Of a DNA stretch of 64,000 bases, positions 25,542 to 35,576 are shown piece after piece. The position numbers and the translations under genes were made by a program. Location of the stretch: positions 3,267 to 67,266 of the forward strand of contig CANQNJ010000002.1 of the NCBI GenBank assembly GCA_947625185.1, in the 5' to 3' direction. The notes beneath the pieces are model-generated. The model saw nothing but the letters and a program-made list of their open reading frames with translations. It was not told where the DNA came from and did not search any database. Source of the stretch: an uncultured Clostridia bacterium. Lineage in GTDB: Bacteria; Bacillota; Clostridia; Christensenellales; CAG-314. How positions within the stretch are numbered: position 1 is the stretch's first letter; the number at the start of each line of letters is the position of its first letter.

Positions 25542-26033
25542 ATGCAAAAGTTAGGCGAAAAAATTTGGCGGCTGCGCGAAGAAAAGGGGCTTTCTCAGGA
25601 AGCCCTTGCGGAGAAGCTCGAAGTATCGAGGCAAACTGTTTCCAATTGGGAGAACGACAGGGCAACGCCCGATGCCTACAAACTAAAACAACTTTGCGAG
25701 GAATTGGGCGTCAGCGCGGATGTTCTGTTGGAAACGGGCGAATCCGATCCGGTACGGCAAGAAAAGAATTACGAACCATCCAAAGACGACGTCAACGTGG
25801 TTGAGCGCAGAACGAATATGCGCGTGTTGCGGATCGTGTTGCTTGCCGTTTTCGGTATTACGGTTGCGCTTCTGCTTGCGATTGCCATTGTGCTGTTCGC
25901 GTTGCCCGAAGAAAAAACGCAGGTTGTCACATCGGTATTTACGCTGACGCCGACTATGGGCGGAATCATTCTGCTCGTGCTTGCCGCCGTTCTCATAGTC
26001 GCGGCAACCGTCATAATACTAAAAAGAAAGTGA
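25542..26033 (+). CDS. XRE-family HTH regulator with C-terminal TM anchors
   Basis: IWRLREEKGLSQEALAEKLEVSRQTVSNWENDRATP is an HTH_3 motif. The C-terminus has two hydrophobic helices. Confidence 0.75.
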   Translation: MQKLGEKIWRLREEKGLSQEALAEKLEVSRQTVSNWENDRATPDAYKLKQLCEELGVSADVLLETGESDPVRQEKNYEPSKDDVNVVERRTNMRVLRIVLLAVFGITVALLLAIAIVLFALPEEKTQVVTSVFTLTPTMGGIILLVLAAVLIVAATVIILKRK

Positions 26034-26039
26034 ATCGAA

Positions 26040-26283
26040 CTTTTGCACAAACCGCCATAAGGACAATTGCGACGATACGAAATGAGGGATACGACAAGTA
26101 GCTTTCGTACGTTGCGGTACACTGTTGAATGAATTGGACGTTCAATAAAAGTGGTTTATCGTTAAACGAGGATAGCGGCACGATCCGCACCGCCGCAACG
26201 GCAATTTTTCTAAAAAATTTGCCGTATTTGTAAAATTCTCATATACAACAACGCTCTTCTATGGTAAGATGATGATAGTTCAT
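26040..26283 (-). pseudogene. possible decayed IS30-family transposase N-terminus
   Basis: A strong RBS (GGAGATTTAT-ATG) precedes MNYHHLTIEERCCI, then an in-frame TGA. Read-through gives EFYKYGKFFRKIAVAAVRIVPLSS, loosely matching the IS30 HTH pattern Y..G...R.IA....R....S. No catalytic domain follows. Confidence 0.25.
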
Positions 26284-26602
26284 ATAAATCTCCTTGTGTG
26301 TAAAATTTATTCCAACTACCATTATGCCGAAGATTTTTATGAACTTTTTTCTTCAAGCGTTGCACTTGAAAGTATAATTCGCCTCAATCAAAAAAGAACC
26401 GATTTTAATAAATCGGCTCGTTTGATTTTCGTTTAATTGATATTAAATTGTTAATTTCGGATTTTGACAATTGAACAACTGCACATTTTTATCGAATTTC
26501 GTTCCGACTGCGGTCAATAGAGCTGTATGCGGCTGCGTTCAGCCCGTTTCGTAAAAATCGTCGCGCCGCACATGTCCGCGAAAGCCGGTATTACGATTAC
26601 GT

Positions 26603-28312
26603 TTATTTTATCGATTCTTTGTACCGCTGCGACCAATCGAGCAATTCCTTGGCGTTTACGATGGCGTGTTCTCCGACGCTGCCCATAAGGCGCGATACTT
26701 CCGCCGCCCTCTGCTCGTAATCGGATAATACTTCCACAAAAGTCAGCGTTCTGCCGTCCTGTTCGGATTTCTTTATGTACAGATTGCAATCTGCCATTGC
26801 GGCGATCTGCGGCAAATGTGTGATAACAATACATTGATAGCCGTTGTCTGCGGCAGAGGCGTTTGCAAGCTTATTTGCCACCATTTGAGCCATATTTCCG
26901 GAGACACCTGCGTCTATTTCGTCAAATATCATAGTCGGGATCTTCTCCGCAAGCGCAGTAATATTCTTGACGGCAAGCATAAAACGTGACATTTCGCCGC
27001 CGGATATCACTTTTGAAAGAGGTTTGAGCGGTTCGCCCGCATTGGCGGACATAAGGAACTCCGCCTTATCAAAGCCGTCGGCAGAGGGCGCGACGCCGTA
27101 TTGTACCGCGGTGGGCGTTTCGTTGAATTGAACCGTAAATTTCGTTCCGCGCATTCCCAGATCGTTAAGCTCGGAAACGATACGTTCCGACAGCAATTTC
27201 GCTGTGCGCTTTCGCTCGGCGGATTTCTGCAAGGCGCATTGGTACATTTCGGAAAGTACCCTGCTCTTTTGTCTGTTGAGTTCGTTGATACGCTCCTCGG
27301 CGTTTATCAGATCGTCATATTTCTGCTTGGCATTGGAAAGAAAATTCAACACTTCGGATATGCTCCCGCCGTACTTTCGCTTTAACTGACGAAATTTTTC
27401 CAATCGTTCCTCTATCCTGTCCACTTCCGCAGGGCTGTATTCCGTTGCCGATATCAGTTCTCGCAGTTGGTCGGCTATATCTTCCGCTTCGAGACGTGCG
27501 GAGGACAACCGCTCGGCAAGCGAGTCGGCGCTCGGTTCCAAGGAGGTGATACCTCTCAACAATGAGACGGATTGAGAAAGCCGCGCGACCGCTCCGTTAT
27601 CACCGTTGAGACAATCCAAAACCTGCCCTATTGCGGAAGAGATTTTTTCGGCGTTTACGGTACGCTTATGAGCGAGTTGCAGCTCTTCTTCCTCTTTTTC
27701 GCTCGGCTCGGCGGAAGATATCTCGTCTATCTGATATTTCAGTATATCCAACAATCTCTCGCGTTCGGACTCGTCTCCGCCAAACGCTTTGAGTTGCTTG
27801 TTGATCGCAATGAGTTGCGGATACAGCTCTTCCCTCAATTTGCGCGAAACTGCCGCATGATCGCAAAAAGCGTCCAAAACGGCAAGCTGATTCTTTTCGT
27901 TCAATAACGCAAGGTGCTGCCCCTGCCCGAATATATCCACAAGCTCGCCGCATATTTCTTTGAGAATGGACAGCGTAGCTGTTTTTCCTTGTATTCTTAT
28001 CTCGTTCTTGCCGGAAACGGACATCTTACGGTAAAGCAACAGCTCGGGGTCGGCGCCATAGCCGTATTCGTTCAGCTTATTCCATACGAACGAGCCTTCT
28101 TCCAATTGGAAAAGCGCCGTTACCTCTGCGGCGTCTTCGCCGTACTTGATAAGCGTTTTGTCCGCTCTGTCACCCAATACAAAAGCAAGCGAATCTATTA
28201 TTATGGATTTGCCGCTGCCTGTTTCGCCGCTCAGCACGGTGAGTCCTTCGCTAAACTCTATCTCTATGTGATCGATGAGCGCTATATTGTCGATTATCAG
28301 ATTCTTTAACAT
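26603..28312 (-). CDS. recN: DNA repair protein RecN
   Basis: 569 aa. N-terminal MLKNLIIDNIALIDHIEIEFSEGLTVLSGETGSGKSII, a long coiled coil, and C-terminal SGGEMSRFMLA...IFDEIDAGVSG. Confidence 0.9.
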   Translation of the reverse strand: MLKNLIIDNIALIDHIEIEFSEGLTVLSGETGSGKSIIIDSLAFVLGDRADKTLIKYGEDAAEVTALFQLEEGSFVWNKLNEYGYGADPELLLYRKMSVSGKNEIRIQGKTATLSILKEICGELVDIFGQGQHLALLNEKNQLAVLDAFCDHAAVSRKLREELYPQLIAINKQLKAFGGDESERERLLDILKYQIDEISSAEPSEKEEEELQLAHKRTVNAEKISSAIGQVLDCLNGDNGAVARLSQSVSLLRGITSLEPSADSLAERLSSARLEAEDIADQLRELISATEYSPAEVDRIEERLEKFRQLKRKYGGSISEVLNFLSNAKQKYDDLINAEERINELNRQKSRVLSEMYQCALQKSAERKRTAKLLSERIVSELNDLGMRGTKFTVQFNETPTAVQYGVAPSADGFDKAEFLMSANAGEPLKPLSKVISGGEMSRFMLAVKNITALAEKIPTMIFDEIDAGVSGNMAQMVANKLANASAADNGYQCIVITHLPQIAAMADCNLYIKKSEQDGRTLTFVEVLSDYEQRAAEVSRLMGSVGEHAIVNAKELLDWSQRYKESIK

Positions 28313-28315
28313 AGT

Positions 28316-28765
28316 TTACAATAACTCGGATATTCTTTTGCTTACCGTATTTGCGTCGCGCGAATCGGCACATACTATCAAAACGGTACTTTTGTCTGCA
28401 AGCACTCCCAGAATTTCGCTCATTCCGAGTTGCTCTATGGCGCCGGATACCACCGAAGCGCTGTCGCCGATTGTTTTTACGACGAGCAGATTTTCCGCCG
28501 CGGTAACGGATATCACCGCTTCTCGGGCGACGTTCAACAGCTTACCGGACAATTTGACGTCCATTGTCTGCTTGGTGACATATTTATACTTGTTGTCGGA
28601 GGTCAACGTCTTAATCAACCCCAATTCCTTGATATCTCGGGATATCGTTGCCTGCGTTACGTCGTAACCTTCCCGTCTCAATTCCGAAACGAGGTCATCC
28701 TGCGTATCGATGTCCCTGGAAGCGATAATATTAAGTATTGCCGATTGTCTTGTTTTGCGCGACAT
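28316..28765 (-). CDS. argR: arginine repressor
   Basis: RQSAILNIIASRDIDTQDDLVSELRREGYDVTQATISRDIKELGLIK is the ArgR winged-helix N-terminal domain. Start set at MSRKTRQ after GAGGTG. Confidence 0.85.
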   Translation of the reverse strand: MSRKTRQSAILNIIASRDIDTQDDLVSELRREGYDVTQATISRDIKELGLIKTLTSDNKYKYVTKQTMDVKLSGKLLNVAREAVISVTAAENLLVVKTIGDSASVVSGAIEQLGMSEILGVLADKSTVLIVCADSRDANTVSKRISELL

Positions 28766-28928
28766 ATCCCACACCTCGCTGCTATTAAATCCACAGATTT
28801 TTCCGTATTATTTGCATACTATGTCTAAAATAGTATTCTTTATTTTGTAAAATTCGGAACTACTGCGATATTTATAGACAGAATGTTCTATTATTCTAAC
28901 TAAATTATACACCACTCGCACGAAGATT

Positions 28929-30740
28929 TCAACCGTTTGACAGCAACTCCGAGACAACTTTGCTTACACTGTCTCGATCAAGCCCCGATTCCGACAGTTG
29001 CTCGTCAACAGTGGCGTGCTTGACGTAACGGTCGTCAACTCCGAGGCAACAGACGTTCACGCATGCGGAGCGTTGGGCAAAATAAGTCCTTACGCTTTCT
29101 CCGAAACCGCCGCGCAACACATTTTCTTCCAATGTAACAACAGCGGACTGAGCCGTTTGTATTTTTTGCAAAATCTCAATGTCCAATGTCTTTACAGTAG
29201 TAACTTCTACCGCCGCAACGCCGTCCGTCGATGACGCGACGTTCAACGCCGTTTCCGACAACTTGGCTCCGACAGCCAACAAGTAAACTTTGGGATGAGG
29301 CGAATCGACGAGCAAGTTCCACTTACCGTCAAATTCACGAGCCTCGTCCAGCAAATATCGGGAATATCTTATCGCAACGGGGCAGTTTTCGTCGAGGGAC
29401 CTTTCTATCATTATCGACAATTGTTTGTATGTTGCGGGAGTCCATATTTTGATATTTGGGATCTGCGACAAATAGGACAAGTCAAATAATCCCTGATGCG
29501 TTTTGCCGTCCTCGCCGACAAATCCCGCTCTGTCTATCAAAAAAGTCACGGGGAGATTCTGCAATGCGACGTCGTGCAATATCTGATCGTAGGCGCGCTG
29601 CAAGAAAGAGGAATATATCGCAACAAAAGGACGCGAGCCGCCCTTTGCAAGCCCCGCGGCAAACGTTACCGCGTGTTCTTCCGCGATCCCCACATCGTAA
29701 AACCGCGAAGGATAGCGTTCCTCTATCGGCGTCAACCCCGTTGCCTTGGACATCGCCGCACAGACCGCGACTGCGTCGCCGCGCCGTCGGAAAATTTCCG
29801 TCAGGGCGTCCCCGACTACCGCAGAACTTTCAATCGCACCTACGGCGGTTCCTTCTCTTGCAACGGAATGATAACGTTCCGGGTCCTCTTCCGCGGGCGG
29901 ATATCCTTTGCCCTTCTTGGTGACGATCTGCATCACCGTCGGTTTGATAACGTTATTTTTCAATTTGGTAAAATAGTATACCAGATCTTTTATCTCGTTG
30001 CCGTCGATAATGCCTATATATTTCAAATCGAAGTTGTCGAAATAGCTGTTACGCACATAGCCCAACTTTGCGCGGCGCTTGCACCACCGCAGAAATTTGT
30101 AAGTAGGCTTGCCTACCAAGGGTATTTTCATCAAAAAACGTTTCAGCCGTTCCTTGTTGCGGTCATACTTTCCTACGCGCAGCTTGGACATATTGAGCGT
30201 TGCCGAACCGACATTCTTGCCTATGGACATATTGTTGTCGTTCAATACAATGAGGATATCCGTGTCTTTGACATTGTTAAGCGCTTCGTAAGTCATTCCG
30301 CAAGTCATCGAACCGTCGCCGACCACCGCGATCACCTTGTATTTTTCTCCCAATGTATCGCGTGCTTTCGCCAACCCCAATGCGGCGGATATCGCCGTAC
30401 CTGCGTGCCCCGTATTGAAACAATCGCGTTCGTCCTCTTCGCAATCGGGAAAACCGCTTATGCCGTTTTTTTGGCGTAACGAAGAAAAATTCTCACCCCG
30501 CGAGGTAAGAATTTTGTGAACGTAACTTTGATGTCCAACGTCCCATACGATCTTGTCGCTCTCGTCAAAAACGTAATGAAGAGCAACCGTAAGCTCCACA
30601 ACGCCCAGATTGCTTGCCAAATGTCCGCCGCTTTTACTCACGTCGGCGATAAGTTTGACGCGAATTTCTTCGCATAGCTCCGGCAATTGCTTAACGCTCA
30701 ACTTTTTGAGATCTTGTATTGTCTTAATTTGTTCCAGCAC
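28929..30740 (-). CDS. dxs: 1-deoxy-D-xylulose-5-phosphate synthase
   Basis: 603 aa. GGHLASNLGVVELTVALHYVF, the TPP motif VVGDGSMTCGMTYEALNN, and GEDGKTHQG. Confidence 0.92.
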   Translation of the reverse strand: MLEQIKTIQDLKKLSVKQLPELCEEIRVKLIADVSKSGGHLASNLGVVELTVALHYVFDESDKIVWDVGHQSYVHKILTSRGENFSSLRQKNGISGFPDCEEDERDCFNTGHAGTAISAALGLAKARDTLGEKYKVIAVVGDGSMTCGMTYEALNNVKDTDILIVLNDNNMSIGKNVGSATLNMSKLRVGKYDRNKERLKRFLMKIPLVGKPTYKFLRWCKRRAKLGYVRNSYFDNFDLKYIGIIDGNEIKDLVYYFTKLKNNVIKPTVMQIVTKKGKGYPPAEEDPERYHSVAREGTAVGAIESSAVVGDALTEIFRRRGDAVAVCAAMSKATGLTPIEERYPSRFYDVGIAEEHAVTFAAGLAKGGSRPFVAIYSSFLQRAYDQILHDVALQNLPVTFLIDRAGFVGEDGKTHQGLFDLSYLSQIPNIKIWTPATYKQLSIMIERSLDENCPVAIRYSRYLLDEAREFDGKWNLLVDSPHPKVYLLAVGAKLSETALNVASSTDGVAAVEVTTVKTLDIEILQKIQTAQSAVVTLEENVLRGGFGESVRTYFAQRSACVNVCCLGVDDRYVKHATVDEQLSESGLDRDSVSKVVSELLSNG

Positions 30741-30741
30741 G

Positions 30742-31404
30742 TTATCCTTCCCTGCGGAAAATACTCAAAGCTTTTGCAACTCCCAATATGATTCCGTTCG
30801 CTTTCTTTACCGCAATATTTTTGCCCAACGCCTTGAATGTGATAGTCAATGTGGAAATAACCGAATAAATCAGTACTTTTATTACCAGATTCCAGGCAAC
30901 GGACAAACCCAATCCGTCTATTGCTTCGGACGCCAACGCGGCGCCGCACACACCGGATACGATACCGCAGATGTCTCCCACGATATCGCAACATACCGAG
31001 GAAACTATGTCCCTCTTTTGAGCAAGGCGCACTGCCATCTTACCGCCGCGCACCTTGCGGCTTGCCATAGAGTGAAACGGACCTATGTCGCACGCGGTCG
31101 CCGCAGTGCCTACGATATCGAATACGACGCCGAGCAACAATATTGCCACGGTCAATATCGTCGCCAACCACCATTGGGAATCGGTAAGCATCAGTTCCGA
31201 ACCCGTATTGACCGCTGCCGCGATGAGCAACGTTATAAAAAACGCTTTCAGCGGCCAAAGGTTGCGTTTCTTCTTTTTTTTGTCGTTTTTGTCGCGTTCT
31301 TTGCGTTTGATATCTACCGAAGTATCTTCTTGCCGCTCCTCTTCCGCGAAAAGGGTCGTCTCCGCGTCAACGGTACTTCGGGGGACTGAATCGGAATTTT
31401 TCAT
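30742..31404 (-). CDS. oapA: OLE-associated membrane protein A candidate
   Basis: 220 aa: a charged N-terminus then about 4 TM helices, with duplicated motifs FDIVGTAATACD and CDIVGDICGIVSG. It sits between the large ncRNA and dxs, as described for oapA. Confidence 0.6.
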   Translation of the reverse strand: MKNSDSVPRSTVDAETTLFAEEERQEDTSVDIKRKERDKNDKKKKKRNLWPLKAFFITLLIAAAVNTGSELMLTDSQWWLATILTVAILLLGVVFDIVGTAATACDIGPFHSMASRKVRGGKMAVRLAQKRDIVSSVCCDIVGDICGIVSGVCGAALASEAIDGLGLSVAWNLVIKVLIYSVISTLTITFKALGKNIAVKKANGIILGVAKALSIFRREG

Positions 31405-31464
31405 ATATCTCCATTATAAAATGCAATCAGCGACAAATTTGTCACCGATTTGACGATCGAGTAA

Positions 31465-32085
31465 TAAAAAAAGGTGGTGACTTATCGGATAAACCTTACG
31501 GCATAGGTTCAGTAGGTTTTCCCAAGCAAGAACTCCCCGTCGCCGAAGAAGCAGTTTCCTCTTAGTCTTGCCTGTGCAGCATCACTGCTTGCACAACTGA
31601 ATCGCCACTTAGTCCGTACTATAATCTCCGATAAGCCTGATTTGCAGTCTAGAAGATTTCCTTTGCAGTAATCGACGTATTTTAGTTTCTTTTGCAGAAT
31701 TCATTTCGTAAAGCATTCGCACGCGTCTCATAGGCCAACGAAACGCGCCGTTCAGTACTCCCAAAATTCCACTCAAAACAAGCTACACTGTACACAGCTT
31801 TTATTCACCGCATAGCAGGTTTAACCTCAGAGAGTAATTGCTTATCTATTAGGCAACCACCCCGTAGAGTCTCCACGACTAATGGGGATAGAGCGTATGC
31901 CATTACACCTTACCCACTAATCTTAACTTCCAGCACCTGCCCCCGTTTGGGCAACGAAAGCAAGCACAAGAAACTTCATCGTTGTGCTCGGCGGCGGTCT
32001 TTTAGTCCCGCCTTCAACACGCCGATTTCTGACTAGAATACTGCACCACCAAATTTTATTTAGTTGTAATGAGTTTTCACTCGAC
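31465..32085 (-). ncRNA. ole: OLE (ornate, large, extremophilic) RNA candidate
   Basis: About 0.6 kb with no ORF, between ispA and the oapA-like gene. The 5' GGTGGTG (reverse complement of 32044-32050) pairs with the 3' CACCACC (31473-31480), followed by a T-run. Many internal stems. The synteny is identical to published OLE loci. Confidence 0.7.
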
Positions 32086-32089
32086 ACAC

Positions 32090-32118
32090 ATTATAGCACA
32101 AAATCGTCGAAAATGCAA
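32090..32118 (-). promoter_or_regulatory. candidate promoter TTGCAT-17-TGcTATAAT upstream of the OLE RNA
   Basis: The reverse complement reads TTGCATtttcgacgattttgtgcTATAAT. Confidence 0.4.
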
Positions 32119-32153
32119 ACAATTGCGCTATGATACCGTCGCGATGACGTCAG

Positions 32154-32963
32154 CTACCTCCGACGGGCGATATTTTGATCGCAAAACTCTTTGAGGAATT
32201 CCAGATCGTAAGGCAATTTGTCGCACGCCGCCTTTATTTCCTCGTTGAGTTCCTTCACATGGTCGATCAGATCACTTTCGGAATAGACGTCGAGAAATGA
32301 CTTCTCGCATTTTTTGGAATCGAGTATGTCGTCGACAATTTGATAACACACGCCCAACTTGCAAGCAATTTCGTCAAATATTCTCGCTTCTTCCTCGCTT
32401 GCGCCGCCGACCAACGCTCCGCATACCAATGCCGCGCGGATAAGTGTGCCCGTCTTGGCGATGGCAAGTTCCGTAGCGTCGTCGATATTCTTTGTCTCGC
32501 CGAACAGATCCAACGACTGACCGTGAACCAAGCCCTCGATACCGCTCATTTTGAACATATAAACGCACGCTGTTTGGTAACTTTTGTTGGAAAGAGGACC
32601 TTTCAGGACCGTTTCAAAGGACAAATTAAGCAATGCGTCTCCCGCAAGGACCGCCGACGCCTCTCCGAATTGCATATGACACGAACGTTTGCCGCGACGC
32701 ATATCGTCGTTGTCCATACAGGGCAGGTCGTCGTGGATCAACGAATACGTGTGAATAAATTCCAACGCCACAGCCAGATTTTTGGCACCGTCGCTTATGC
32801 GTTTGCCCACCGCTTTGGCGGTATTCAACAACAGCATCGGACGAAAACGCTTGCCGCCGCTGAACAGCATATATTCCATTGCCTGCAATACTTTGTCGCG
32901 TTCTCTGGGCAGACGCTCCTTAATAAGTTCGTCGATATAACTGACGGTAATATTAGTTTTCAT
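32154..32963 (-). CDS. ispA: farnesyl diphosphate synthase (polyprenyl synthetase family)
   Basis: First Asp-rich motif HDDLPCMDNDDMRRG and second Asp-rich motif QIVDDILD. Confidence 0.85.
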   Translation of the reverse strand: MKTNITVSYIDELIKERLPRERDKVLQAMEYMLFSGGKRFRPMLLLNTAKAVGKRISDGAKNLAVALEFIHTYSLIHDDLPCMDNDDMRRGKRSCHMQFGEASAVLAGDALLNLSFETVLKGPLSNKSYQTACVYMFKMSGIEGLVHGQSLDLFGETKNIDDATELAIAKTGTLIRAALVCGALVGGASEEEARIFDEIACKLGVCYQIVDDILDSKKCEKSFLDVYSESDLIDHVKELNEEIKAACDKLPYDLEFLKEFCDQNIARRR

Positions 32964-33150
32964 CGATCAAATTCCTCACTTTTTCCTGTAATACCGCAAG
33001 TTTTCCCTTGCAGTCGTTTAGCGTTACCATACACTCGTTTGCCAATCGCACGCTTTCGTCAAAAATTTTCAACGCCTCATCAAGCGTGACGTCATCCTCT
33101 ATTTTGTCCGCCAATTCGTTGAGTTTGGCGATTTTTTCTTCCAGATTCAT
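32953..33150 (-). CDS. xseB: exodeoxyribonuclease VII small subunit
   Basis: 65 aa, helical. LEEKIAKLNELADKIEDDVTLDEALKIFDESVRLANEC. Overlaps xseA and ispA. Confidence 0.85.
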   Translation of the reverse strand: MNLEEKIAKLNELADKIEDDVTLDEALKIFDESVRLANECMVTLNDCKGKLAVLQEKVRNLIDEN

Positions 33151-34325
33151 TTGTTTTTCGCCTCCTTGTGCGTAATATCTGCGGACAATTTGCCGTCCGA
33201 GAGAGTTATATCCACGCTGTTTCCCACTTCGAGCTGCTGCACGGAGCGTATCGGCTTGCCGTCAGATGATATATATCCGAAGCCTCTTTTGATTATGTTG
33301 AGCGGATTGGCGTTTTCGATTTTGCCGAGAGATTTATCTATCTCCGCCTCGGCGCGCTGGATCTTATTGCCGACGGCAAGTTCGATCTGTTTGAGCAGAT
33401 ATTTTATTTCCGCCTGCAAATTGTCCGATTTGCGCCCCGCACCTCGGCAGAGCAACTTGCAACAGTTTTCTACGCTTTGCCGTTCTCGCAACAGACGCGA
33501 AGCGACTGCGACGCTCATTCTGTCCAAATATGCGAAGATGCGCGTTTTCTCGCGCTCTGCGTCCAACGTGACGAATTCTGCCGCCTCGCTCGGGGTCACG
33601 GCGCGTTTATCCGCAGCAAAGTCGGACAGCGTAAAGTCTATTCCGTGTCCGACCGCAGATACCACGGGTTTGTTGCACGCGGCGATAGCTCGCACGACTT
33701 TTTCCGTGTTGAATACGGACAGATCCTCATTGGAGCCGCCGCCTCGTCCCACTATTACCGCGTCCACGTCGCTTTTGTCGAAGTAAGCTATTCCCGCCGC
33801 TATCTCATCCTCGGAACCGACTCCCTGCACCTTTACGGGATACAGATATATCTCCGTAAAAGGCTGCCGTCTGAGCGCCACATTGACGATATCGTGTATC
33901 ACGGCGCCCGTTTCGCTGGTGACGACGCCTATCTTTTCCGCGCTGTGCGGTACGGTTTTCTTGCGGGATTCGTCAAAAAGTCCCTCTTTGCTCAATTTGT
34001 CGCGCAACTCGACGAACTTCTGATATGCGGATCCCGTATTGTCCGTCGCCGTCAATCTGCGAACAAAAAACGACACGCTGCCCGACTTGACGAAATAATT
34101 AAGTTGACCTTCCGCCACCGACATTACGCCCGCCACCGGTTCCTTGGCGTCGGAATAGCAAAAACAATTTATCGCGGCGTCATCGTCTTTAAGAGTGAAA
34201 TACCAACCGTTGTAGGAACGCTTTACGTTGGTAATCTCTCCGCAAACGGACAGATCGTTCAACACGCCGTCTATATCGAAGATACCGTGAATGTATTTGT
34301 TGAGTTGTGTTACGCTTATTGTCAT
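33147..34325 (-). CDS. xseA: exodeoxyribonuclease VII large subunit
   Basis: 392 aa. N-terminal OB fold (SVTQLNKYIHGIFD...GEITNVKRS..GWYFTLKD) and GRGGGSNEDLSVFN. Confidence 0.9.
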   Translation of the reverse strand: MTISVTQLNKYIHGIFDIDGVLNDLSVCGEITNVKRSYNGWYFTLKDDDAAINCFCYSDAKEPVAGVMSVAEGQLNYFVKSGSVSFFVRRLTATDNTGSAYQKFVELRDKLSKEGLFDESRKKTVPHSAEKIGVVTSETGAVIHDIVNVALRRQPFTEIYLYPVKVQGVGSEDEIAAGIAYFDKSDVDAVIVGRGGGSNEDLSVFNTEKVVRAIAACNKPVVSAVGHGIDFTLSDFAADKRAVTPSEAAEFVTLDAEREKTRIFAYLDRMSVAVASRLLRERQSVENCCKLLCRGAGRKSDNLQAEIKYLLKQIELAVGNKIQRAEAEIDKSLGKIENANPLNIIKRGFGYISSDGKPIRSVQQLEVGNSVDITLSDGKLSADITHKEAKNK

Positions 34326-35131
34326 CTGCCGATAAAAGCCTTTGCCAAATTTTCAAACAGCGCCGCTCCCGTTACGGGTCCGACGCCGCCGGGGACGGGT
34401 GAGACTGCCGAACAGATATCATACACCTCGGACGCGACGTCGCCGCGACTTCTACCTTCAACAAAACTCAGCCCCACGTCTACAACGACGGATCTTTGCG
34501 TTACGCAATCCTTGTCGATCAGATCGGCAACGCCGCACGCGGATATCAATACGTCTGCGGTTCTGCATATGTCGGATAGATTGCGAGTCTTGGAGTGACA
34601 TATCGTAACGGTGGCGTTGCGCGCCAATGCCATCAAAGCAAGCGGTTTGCCTACCGAGCCTCTGCCCACTATCACAACGTGCTTGCCGCCTATATCCACG
34701 CCGTAGTGGTCCAACAACCGAAGTACGGCAAGAGGCGTCGCGGGGCGAAATCCCTCCGCGCCCTGATAAAGTTTCGCAAGCGAATACGGACTAAGGCAAT
34801 CGACATCTTTATCCGTTGCGATAAATTCCGTCGCGCGTTCGAATCGCTGCGGAAGAGGTTTTTGCACTATTATTCCCGCAACGTTTACGTTTGCGTTCAG
34901 GTCGAGCGAGATTCGCTTCAATTCTTCAAACGATATCCCTTCGTCAACGCAAATCCGTTCGCATTTTGCGCCGAATTTCGGTGCGGAACGAACAAGCGAA
35001 CGGGTATATTGCTCCCATTGCGGATTGTCAAATCCCACCGTTACCAACGTCGCTTTACCGTCGAGAATAGGAAATATCCTCTCTGCGATGCATTCGGCAC
35101 AGGGTCTGCCAAGCAACAATTCGGCGCTCAT
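34322..35131 (-). CDS. folD: bifunctional methylenetetrahydrofolate dehydrogenase/cyclohydrolase
   Basis: VVIVGRGSVGKPLALMAL...TICHSKT...PVPGGVGPVT are FolD hallmarks. Confidence 0.9.
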   Translation of the reverse strand: MSAELLLGRPCAECIAERIFPILDGKATLVTVGFDNPQWEQYTRSLVRSAPKFGAKCERICVDEGISFEELKRISLDLNANVNVAGIIVQKPLPQRFERATEFIATDKDVDCLSPYSLAKLYQGAEGFRPATPLAVLRLLDHYGVDIGGKHVVIVGRGSVGKPLALMALARNATVTICHSKTRNLSDICRTADVLISACGVADLIDKDCVTQRSVVVDVGLSFVEGRSRGDVASEVYDICSAVSPVPGGVGPVTGAALFENLAKAFIGR

Positions 35132-35514
35132 TGCAAACTCCTGACATAAGCGGCGAGTATTCCGTTGACATAGGAAACGCTCTTTTCGGTGGAATATTTT
35201 TTTGCAAGGGACACCGCCTCGTTGATGGCGACGGGACGGGGAATATCGGTATTATTTATTTCCCATATTGCCATTTCCAATGCGGCGAGATCCAAGCGAT
35301 ATATGCGCGACAGTTTGAACGACTTGGAAAAATTCGCGACGATCTCGTCAAGTTGCTCCTTTTTGTCGATAACGCCTTTTACGAGAGTTGTGGCAAAATC
35401 AATATCTTCCTCCGTAAGACCTTGCTCAAACTGAGAAAAATCCCCGTCGAAATTTCCGCTCATAATATAGGTATATATTTTACAAAATGCCGCTTCTCTG
35501 GCGTAACTTCTCAT
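35128..35514 (-). CDS. nusB: transcription antitermination factor NusB
   Basis: 128 aa. REAAFCKIY...LDLAALEMAIWEI...PRPVAINEAVSLAKKYS. Confidence 0.85.
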   Translation of the reverse strand: MRSYAREAAFCKIYTYIMSGNFDGDFSQFEQGLTEEDIDFATTLVKGVIDKKEQLDEIVANFSKSFKLSRIYRLDLAALEMAIWEINNTDIPRPVAINEAVSLAKKYSTEKSVSYVNGILAAYVRSLQ

Positions 35515-35576
35515 CTCTTACTCCGTATGTATCGCTCCGAACGCAGAAAACCCTTTGTAGAACAAAGGGTCATGCG

